From Parasitella parasitica NRRL 2501 (lineage: Eukaryota > Fungi > Mucoromycota): a DNA stretch of 64,000 bases. Shown one piece after another: positions 55,743 to 64,000 of this stretch (the first letter of the stretch is position 1; each line of letters begins with the position of its first letter). The stretch covers positions 51,627 to 115,626 of the forward strand of contig MU619246.1 in assembly GCA_025201805.1 (NCBI GenBank), written 5' to 3'. The notes below the pieces were generated by a model. That model worked only from the letters and a program-made list of their open reading frames with translations, did no database searches and was not told the origin of the DNA. Made by a program: the position numbers and the translations under genes.

Positions 55743-58085
55743 TTATAATGCAGCAACCTTCGTGGTATTAGTATTACACATGTTATCTTCGTCACTTTCT
55801 GGATCATCCATCCATTTGGTATGAGATTGTTGTATTTTCAGGCTGGCAGAGATGTTTTTACGAGGAGGAGGGATAGGAGTTGTGTGGTCAACTGATTCTT
55901 TTTCCAGAGGGATAATACGCGGTAATTGGTTATTTTGTTGATTAGTTGTGCAAAGAGACATATTAGGTGTTTCGCCACGAGCGACGGTATTGGACCTTGC
56001 ACGCCTAGGAGGTGGAATTATATTTCCATTCTGCTCTTGGGTAAAAGCAGATACATTAGGAGCAGAGGTGGTAGCATTATTACAGTTATGAGCAGCAGGT
56101 ACAGGGGGCAAAGGCTCAGATGGTGGAGGAGTAGGAGGCAGCATAGGCCAATTTGCTTTTTTCTCGTTGAAACGGCCATTGGGACTAATAACATTAGAAG
56201 CACTAAGACGACGGTTCACATCGTCCATTATATCTTGATTAGTCGTAGTAGATTCAGCAATACTACTACTCAAAGAGATGGGTCTTGTTTGTTGAGATTG
56301 GACAGAAGAGTAGGAGAAATGCTTAATTTCTGCAACCTTCTCTTCTTCTGCAGATGAATCAAAGCTGTTGGCAGACGAAGAAACACTTTCAGCTGGACTT
56401 TGCAGAGATATGTTTTCATGGGCCATCAAATGATGATATCGGCTGATATCTTGGAGGGCGTTGCCTTCGTCTTCACTTGAATAACGCAATTGCTCTTGCT
56501 CTCCTTCTTCATTGTCGTCAGAGGTATCATACATTGCACTACAGCTTTGAGACATTTGACGATGTCGAGTAGTATTTGCTGCTTGTTGTTGAATCAAAGC
56601 TTCTCTGTTATCGTTATTGCTGCTCAAAAGTTTCAAAAGAAAAGTATCCTTTTCCAAAATGGCCTGGGTGAGTTCCATTACTTGGGTGTCCAAAGACGCC
56701 TTTTGAGATTTCAAATCCAAAACGACCTTGTCTTTTGCTGCGAGCGCTTCAGTCAATAAGATGATTTGGTCACGAAGCGCCTCTGCTTCTTGGTTGTCCG
56801 TGGCATCAGAAGCAGACTGGTAGGCGGTAGGTGCAGCAAGCTTCTCCTGCAGGGCTCTCAATTCAGCTTCATGCTCCAGTTGCTTTTGCTTCAACACGTC
56901 CCTGATTTCAACGTTGATTTTATTCTTATATTTTTCGAAATCGTTCTGAATCTGGACAGAAACTGTCATCATTAGCTTCTTGTGGGCTTGGTTCATCTCC
57001 AGCTCTGCGTTGAGGGCTGTAACTGTGCTTTCCAACTGCTCCTTTTGCTTCTTGAACAAAGCTATTTCTTGGTGCAGGCTCTTCATTTCCGCTTGTGCCT
57101 CTTTTACATAAGTGGATTCATTTGCCAATTGCGCCAAAGTGTCCAAATTAAGTTGATATTCGTCTAATAATCTGTCTTGTTTGACAATGAGTTCGACCAA
57201 TTGACGCACACGAACAGCCTCCTTTTCTTTCTCCTCGATTGCATTCGCAATGCTTTGACGTGAAATTTCGCCTTGTTGTTCCAGTTGACGCTTGTAAAAT
57301 TCAATGTCTTCAGTGGCTTTATTCAAGCGAGCGTTGCTCTGGGCATATTGGGTCTTGAGTGTTTCGCATTGGAACCAAAGGGCAGCAGCCTCATCAGCAC
57401 TGTTCTTTGCAAAAGAAGTGCGGTCGGTCTCGACGGATGTACGGAGAGGGGGCGATGAAAATCCATTTGTGGAAGTCGAGACACTGGAGGATCTGTTGCT
57501 GTCCTGCATGTCGTTCAGATCTAGACTTGACATGGAACCTTTTGAAAAATAGCCCAGTGATTTTGGTTTTTGCAGGTGCTGCTGATCAATGGCCTGTTGA
57601 ATGTCATCAGTCATTGATTTGGTGCCTGAAAACGAACGGGATTTTTCGGTTAGAGATAATGTAGGTTGAATAGAAGAGTTGTTGCTGAAGCTTTTTCTGA
57701 TTCCTGTAGCTTGTATATAGTCAGCGTTAGGAAGAGGCGTTGTATTCACTTTGTTTATGCGTCGAGGGGATGGGGTAGGGTCTGATGATGGGTGTTGTAG
57801 TGGATTTAATGGAGGTGATGTTATATTAAAGTTATGGGGAGTAGGGGCTCTTTTATTTTCGCTACTACTACCTCCTGAATTATCTTGTTGAACAAACTTA
57901 TTCGACCAAACCGAGGATACTGCACCAATCTTTTTCAGACTGGCCAATTCTTTATTAACGACATTGTTTACGGCAGCTTGTGTGGTTGAATGATTCATTG
58001 CGGTTGGTTGCGATGTCGCATTATTAAATTGTGTTGTGCGTTGTTTTAACCACGAGGGTGAGGAGTCCTTCAGTGTGTCAGTCAT
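55743..58085 (-). CDS. Hypothetical coiled-coil protein with proline-rich (SH3-ligand-like) C-terminus, 780 aa
   Basis: Long single ORF; central heptad-rich region; PPTPPPSEPLPPVP, PPPRR and PPPRK motifs. Confidence 0.8.
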   Translation of the reverse strand: MTDTLKDSSPSWLKQRTTQFNNATSQPTAMNHSTTQAAVNNVVNKELASLKKIGAVSSVWSNKFVQQDNSGGSSSENKRAPTPHNFNITSPPLNPLQHPSSDPTPSPRRINKVNTTPLPNADYIQATGIRKSFSNNSSIQPTLSLTEKSRSFSGTKSMTDDIQQAIDQQHLQKPKSLGYFSKGSMSSLDLNDMQDSNRSSSVSTSTNGFSSPPLRTSVETDRTSFAKNSADEAAALWFQCETLKTQYAQSNARLNKATEDIEFYKRQLEQQGEISRQSIANAIEEKEKEAVRVRQLVELIVKQDRLLDEYQLNLDTLAQLANESTYVKEAQAEMKSLHQEIALFKKQKEQLESTVTALNAELEMNQAHKKLMMTVSVQIQNDFEKYKNKINVEIRDVLKQKQLEHEAELRALQEKLAAPTAYQSASDATDNQEAEALRDQIILLTEALAAKDKVVLDLKSQKASLDTQVMELTQAILEKDTFLLKLLSSNNDNREALIQQQAANTTRHRQMSQSCSAMYDTSDDNEEGEQEQLRYSSEDEGNALQDISRYHHLMAHENISLQSPAESVSSSANSFDSSAEEEKVAEIKHFSYSSVQSQQTRPISLSSSIAESTTTNQDIMDDVNRRLSASNVISPNGRFNEKKANWPMLPPTPPPSEPLPPVPAAHNCNNATTSAPNVSAFTQEQNGNIIPPPRRARSNTVARGETPNMSLCTTNQQNNQLPRIIPLEKESVDHTTPIPPPRKNISASLKIQQSHTKWMDDPESDEDNMCNTNTTKVAAL

Positions 58086-60233
58086 TATGTTGTAAGAAAA
58101 ATAAAAAATAAAAAGTTGTTGTCAAAGAGAAAAGAGAGAGAAAGAAATAGCCTTGCTGTAATTCTCAAGAGTTTTATATATAGAATCAATATTGGGTTAT
58201 AATCAGCGGAGAAAGCAGATTCTTTATGATACAAAAATATATTGCTTGGTATTGCGGAGAAGCTAGACATGGCTAAAAGGAAACAAAGCACATGCTTTTC
58301 CAGGAACACACACATCGCACCATAAAGAGACAGAAAGGAAAGGGAATCGATAACGATCCACAGGACAAGTTGACCTTTATGCTAATCACAGCCTAGTTTA
58401 TATGTTATATTTCAACAATGCACGCATTGTAATGAGGTCTATTGTTTGCTTTACAGTAGCCGGCGACTCTTTCTCTTCATATATATATCCGTGCTAATAG
58501 CTAATTTTAGTATAAATTATATGGATAAAGTATTGCCAGCCGAGCTTGGTGCCAGGGCACTTGGTGTAGTACATACGATTCTTTATTATAAAAGTTAGCA
58601 GAACACGAGTACAGAAATAGACATCCCCCGGGCGCACAAATCAAGTATCCAACAATTATGCTCATTTATTTGCATTGTTAAAAGCATACATTGGCACAAT
58701 GGTGCGGCACATAATCATGCCAGCATACTCTACATTTGTAAATCATTTCTATTTCACGAATTGACCCTGTTAATTAATTATATTATGCTAGATTCAGACA
58801 TTCACAGAAAATTTACTTTAATTGAAGGTATGTAAATACTATTCTAGTGATTCTATTAGTTTTTCTATTATTTTTAGAATGTAATGCTATCACCAAAACA
58901 AAGAAGCTAGTAGCGCTGTAAATCGCTCAAAATAGCCGTCGTTTCCCCTATTAATTATATTTCTCGAAGTTTTCTTTTATTCCTCAATGCAGCGTAAAAC
59001 TTGAATTTAATGCATTTCCCTGGCTTATTACTCTTGTGATTAGTTTGCGTAATTAATGAACAATTTCGGACTAGATCCCGACCAAAGCCAGATAGATATA
59101 ACATTAATCGGCGGTACGCGTAGCATAATGAAATCTTCTGTTTAAGAATAAATTTGTGAGCTATTAAGGCTTTTAAAAGCACATTGCGTCTCGGATCTAC
59201 TATATACTGCCATTCCAAGTATATTATCACTGAAACCTTCATTATCACTATGTGTTATAATTGTAATACGTATTTTCGAAACCATTCTGGTCAAAATCAT
59301 TTAATGACAATATTGGACCAAATGGCTGATTGTATGTTACACGATACATAAATCTGCGGAAGTCGCTCGATTTACACAACAATAGAACTTTGTATATAGG
59401 ACTATACAATCAATAAGCCAGAATTAGGTACAAAATTTCTATCGATGTAAGAAGAAATGATTACACTGATAAAAATTGCGCTAAAAAATACATCAATATT
59501 CGTACAGCTCTATAATAGTTTGTTTTTTTGAGGCACAACGGTGTACAAACTCTACCTCGGTAAATATGAATTAAACTGAAATGTAAAAATAATATCTGTC
59601 TATTAAGCTGCTTCAGGATTCAAATGATATTCACTATAGAATCTATTTTTTTTTTACGTACATACAAAATTCATTTATAATGTGTATAGGAATTGAATAG
59701 ATGCACATTTATTTCTTTTTCTTTTTTTTTTTTTCTTTACCAGATGCTGCTGGTTATCATATATTTTACATGGACGTCTCAACTTGATTGAACACTTGAG
59801 TTAGATTTAAAGATGTTGTTGTTTAAAACAAACGTATTTGCATTGTGAAGCGCCTGTTTACACAAAGAATCAGTGCCCCTGGACAAAAATGGAAATTATT
59901 TCTTGACATTTTGATCCGACGCATCATTGTATTTCAAATCTTCAAGGTCAATCTTCCCATTATGATGTACAGGCTAAGGTATCCCATTCGATATGATTTT
60001 GACATGTTCCGTACAGGCACAATAACATTAGTTTCAATGTTTCCATCCAATTTTTCCAAAATTCAGGTAACTAACAACGTAATTTGCGTGGATTCCTTTG
60101 CACTATGGAATAGCAAAACGACATGGTTATCAACAATTTTTTTAAAAAAAAGGGCCAGGTGACATGCAACAAAAATATGTTATTTATACATATATTTTTA
60201 ATATAATTTAATACACAAAAAAGCAGAGCAAAT

Positions 60234-60884
60234 TTAAACCTTGGAAGCCTCGCTGAAGTACTTGGCAAGAGGACCTCTTTGAGGAACAAACTTGACATAA
60301 CATCCATCGGGTCTGAGAGAACCAGCAGCGCGAGCTTCGACATATTCAGCACGAGTAAGAGGAGTGAAACCCCACTTCTTGGAGATGATGATCTTTTGCT
60401 GACCAGGGAACTTATACTTGCAACGTCTCAAGGCTTCAATGACAACAGCCTTGTTAGAATCCTTGGTACGGACAGAGAAAATAATTTGACCAATGTTGAC
60501 ACGAGCAACAAGGCCGTTGGGCTTGCCGAAAGCACCACGCATACCGGTTTGCAATCTATCGGCACCAGCACAAGACAACATTTTGTTGATACGGGTGACA
60601 TGGTAAGGATGGACACGGATACGCATGTGGAAAGAGTCCTTGCCGGAAGTCTTGGACATGTACTTGTTGGCACAGATACGACCAGCTTCAAGAGCTTCAG
60701 CAGACAATTGTTCATATTCGTTGGAAACCAAGTGGACGCAAAGAGGGAAGTCATCAACAGATGCCTTCTTTCGACCTAAATCGTAGATTCTGAGCTTGGC
60801 ATCGGGGACACCACGACAGTATCTAGACTTGGGATAAGGCTTATTCTTACAGTATCTGTAACAGCGAGCAGGACGACGACCCAT
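60234..60884 (-). CDS. RPL10: 60S ribosomal protein uL16 (L10); CDS intronless
   Basis: [46 protein letters not shown]. Confidence 0.98.
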   Translation of the reverse strand: MGRRPARCYRYCKNKPYPKSRYCRGVPDAKLRIYDLGRKKASVDDFPLCVHLVSNEYEQLSAEALEAGRICANKYMSKTSGKDSFHMRIRVHPYHVTRINKMLSCAGADRLQTGMRGAFGKPNGLVARVNIGQIIFSVRTKDSNKAVVIEALRRCKYKFPGQQKIIISKKWGFTPLTRAEYVEARAAGSLRPDGCYVKFVPQRGPLAKYFSEASKV

Positions 60885-60886
60885 TT

Positions 60887-61370
60887 CTGTAAATTTACGT
60901 ACAAAGAGTGAGTGAAAAAAAGTTGTAGAAAAGACATGACGGAATACAGCAGTTGCATTCCTATTTATTCACTCTGCTCCCCCTCCTGTGGACTACGACA
61001 TCTAATTAGTAAGCAATTCAGTGGAAAACACAGGTCACCTTCCCAGAATGACTAAATGTAGTAAAGTTGACCGATATTGTGAATTGCTGAATCAACTGAA
61101 ACTAACCGCAGTTCCTGTTGCTGTGCAATTGCAGGTTATTTACTACAGTCTGGTCATTGTGGGCATTTAGGCATCCTGCTTTATTCCAACTGAACTGTAT
61201 ATGACCACTCCCATATCACATCACCGCTCAGCAACTCTCCATCCATCCATCTATTTATCCATTTATATTCTACATATATATCTCCATCTCTAGGGCTCCA
61301 TCTATCTATCTATCCTCCTCTGTGTGTCTCGTCTGCGTGCGTATATCACAAATCAGCGCTGATGTCTTAC
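60887..61370 (-). promoter_or_regulatory. Predicted 484-nt 5'UTR intron of RPL10 with a structured element and an alternative branch point/3' splice site
   Basis: Donor TTTG|GTAAGA at 61370; acceptor TACAG|AA-ATG at 60887; nested inverted repeats 61014-61200; internal TACTAAT at 61011-61005 followed by three AGs. Confidence 0.7.
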
Positions 61371-61581
61371 CAAATAGTCAAAGTACAGATGATAAAGAAA
61401 GAAATCCACGACATTTCGTTATTGTCACTGTGCTGTTGGGTTCGCTTCCCCTCCCCACCCCCAACCCATACTCTCTTCGCACCACCCAAAAAACCACACC
61501 TTCTTCTATCTCATCCCCCCCCCATTTTCAGCAATGCTATATCGTCATCGTCATACTGTCTAAAAATGCGGTGCAAAAAAT

Positions 61582-62608
61582 TTATTTTTCATCCTTTTTG
61601 GGTCTAACCTGCGTGCGAACGGTCAATTTCAAACCTTGCTTAGCTAAATGTCTGGACAGTAGGCTTGTCTCTATGCGATTATATATGGTTAGCTTTTTTT
61701 TTTTTTCATATGCCAATGTCTGTATTACCTTTCATTCCTGGATACAACTTTGCCGAATACACAGTAAATGGATCCGAGAAAATTTCTTGGATTATCTTGT
61801 TCCTACAAGGACATGTCTATGAGCACTTGTCGCGCCTTGGCGTTAACCGCCCTCAACTAACCTTGCTAAATGCAACAAGCTGAATTGCAATCGGTACTGG
61901 CCCGTCATTCGTATACTCAGATCAGGAAATGCAAAATAATATGCTTTGTCATTGTTTAGATCTTTCAGTAATGAAGGTGAGCTCACAAGTGAGCCAAGTA
62001 AGAATCGAAGAGAGGTTGGTGTAGTCCCTTCGATGATGTCGTATTTTTTTGTCATATCAGTAGACCATAGCGAAGCATGTATGATATAAAAAGGGCATTC
62101 AATTAGGCTACAAGATTCCACAAAAGTCAGTATAAATATGTACAGTTATCTATGACAGCACCTACTCTTGCATGGATTTGTAAGTATCATCTACTACTGC
62201 AAGTCGGACAATAGGTGCAGGATCAATTGGTCGTCTGTCTTTTTCGCCATAGCCTGACATGCGACACTGCTGAGGCTGTTCAACAATATCCAGTCTATAT
62301 GTACTACGATGCAAAAATCAATAACTCTCTACTTTTATATCTCAAGTCATGTTTCTTTACGTCTTATCCTCAATTGAGGTTTACTTTCTATCAGGTTTAG
62401 AATGGCCGTGATCCGACATCATTTTCTTCAAATTTTCATTGTTCATATTGAATAATTCGCTTTGGTGATTTTTAAAAGAGAGCTTTGCCGATAGATCGGT
62501 ATGGGGTTCCAAAAATGTAACTGCAGGTTGTTGAGTTTGTGTGTCTGCAGTGAGCGGCTCGTCGTAGCTGATCAAGTTGGTAAATAGATCATCCCCTTCA
62601 GGTGTCAT
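61582..62608 (-). CDS. Velvet-domain protein, ~5 exons
   Basis: YRLDIVEQPQQCRMSGYGEKDRRPIDPAPIVRL, FAFPDLSIRMTGQYRLQFSL, SDPFTVYSAKLYPGM, LSRHLAKQGLK. Confidence 0.9.
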
Positions 62609-63001
62609 TGTCCAACAAAAAGAAAAAAACAAAGCAAAGGCGAATGTATTGAGAAAAAGCAAAAGCAGTGGAACCATAAAAAAATAAAAAAAAAAAACCT
62701 CATTTATATAAAGTAGTTAGAATTGCATTCGTTTAAAACTAAGACGAATAACACAGGAAATCGCAGATCTACAAGTGATTCAATGATTCGAAAAATGAAA
62801 TCACTTTCCAAAATAAGGGCGCATCATGTATAAACCAGGCTAACTCCGCGTACTCGTTTTGCTTGGAGTATAGTATATGGCTGAAAATAAAGAAATCGTT
62901 TGAATTGCAACTATCATTCAAATTGCTAGAAGGAACCTGTCAATATGTCGGCTTTTTTATTTATTTATCCCGGAAACAGAAAGCATCTAACTAAAATTGA
63001 A

Positions 63002-63435
63002 ATGGATTATAAAAATCAACAGCAACAAGGTGGGTACTACCAAGAAGCCAAGACCCTCCTCCTCCTCCGCCCCAGAATGTCTATTATTATCAACAGCAAC
63101 AAAATCAAGGTAGTTGGAATTATCTGATTCGATTGTGACACTATGTATGGATCGTGCACTCCTTAAAACATGTATACGTAATTAATAAATTATTATCAGC
63201 CTCAATAACCAATGTACAGCAATCAACCACCACAACAGCCAACAGCAGCAACAGCAGCAACAGCAGCAACAACAGCAACAACAGCAGAATTCCAGACGTT
63301 GCATGGGCACCTGTTTGACATGGTAAGGTGTATTGCTGACTGGTTGTGTGTAGTCTGTATTGATGTGATTGATATAGCAACTCTGGTGTGCTTTGCTGCT
63401 GCTTGGCACAAGAGTGCTGCTCTATGCTTGTTTAA
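63002..63435 (+). pseudogene. CYSTM (Gln/Pro-rich, Cys-rich tail-anchored) gene, apparently decayed
   Basis: QQQQGGYYQ..PPPPPPQNVYYYQQ..poly-Q..CMGTCLT..LCCCLAQECC; joining needs two frameshifts and passes an in-frame TAA. Confidence 0.6.
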
Positions 63436-64000
63436 TGACATTGTCACACTGCTGCATGCAAGGAAATGTCCAGCCTTTCAAAAAATAAAACGATGCCATC
63501 ATACTATGATGGTATGATTTTTTTTTCCCGATGCTTTTGTTCAAGTGTTACTTAATTATGGACATTTAATGATAAAATGTAAAGTTGCACAATAACTATA
63601 ATAATCTCCAGTATGTCATCTTCGTTGTCGGCAATCTATTTCCTCGTTTATGACATCGCAAAATATACATTGCATGCCCTGAAAAATTAAGGAGGTTGCC
63701 CGTCATATCACCATCTTTGCACCACGCCCCTCCCCCCTCTTTGAGTTTTACTTTATGCAGTATGAAACAGCGTTCAAAAATACACTAAATATTGAGATTC
63801 AAAAATAACGTTCTTTTGTTTTTGTAACTGCAGGCACTTAGATAACTCTAATAGTCGAACACATTAGACTTCTTGGACATACAGCTAAATAACCTGCAAA
63901 TAATGATTGTCAGCAAAAAATGCATACATGAACAAGGGCTTTGATGATGCATGGGTATAAAGTTTTCTAATTGAAAATGCAAACAAGATGACTCTCTATG

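Noticed and set aside
61014-61225. C/D snoRNA reading of the RPL10 intron element (GTGATGT ... CTGA)
   Set aside because: Box C is imperfect, CTGA is buried in the P1 helix, and I recognised no rRNA-antisense guide; not fully excluded without Rfam.
63029-63051. 23-nt GT..AG that would restore the CYSTM frame
   Set aside because: Far below the local ~50-nt minimum, has no branch point, and removes the typical GGYYQ sequence; other lesions remain.
63141-63409. Poly-Cys and poly-Leu ORFs on the minus strand
   Set aside because: Antisense readings of the CAG/CAA repeat.

Overview
AT-rich, compact, intron-rich fungal genomic DNA. Short ~50-65 nt GT-AG introns and the gene content point to Mucorales (early-diverging fungus); this assignment is inferred. 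I count about 29 protein-coding genes, many split into exons that the ORF track does not join. They include TRM2, a Zn deaminase, a G-alpha subunit, RPC2, an I9 inhibitor, a PHO87/91-like SPX transporter, a 7-exon cobalamin adenosyltransferase (MMAB) invisible in the ORF track, maltose O-acetyltransferase, COX18, a BVMO, a calmodulin-like protein, a copper-fist TF, a USP, RPL38, a LisH/CTLH protein, an MFS transporter, PKA-C, MDM10, TCP1, an AKTIP-like UEV, an Hsp70-like protein, RPL9, a TSTD2/TrhO-like protein, RPL10 and a velvet protein. There is also a degenerate DD34E Tc1/IS630 transposon and a decayed CYSTM gene. No tRNA, rRNA or CRISPR array was seen. The most notable signal is a 484-nt 5'UTR intron of RPL10. 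It holds a ~190-nt structured RNA with mutually exclusive helices beside a second branch point/3' splice site, and use of that site would add an out-of-frame uORF, making it a candidate splicing switch. A 13-mer from it recurs in the structured RPL38 intron. All exon boundaries and RNA pairings were read by eye.
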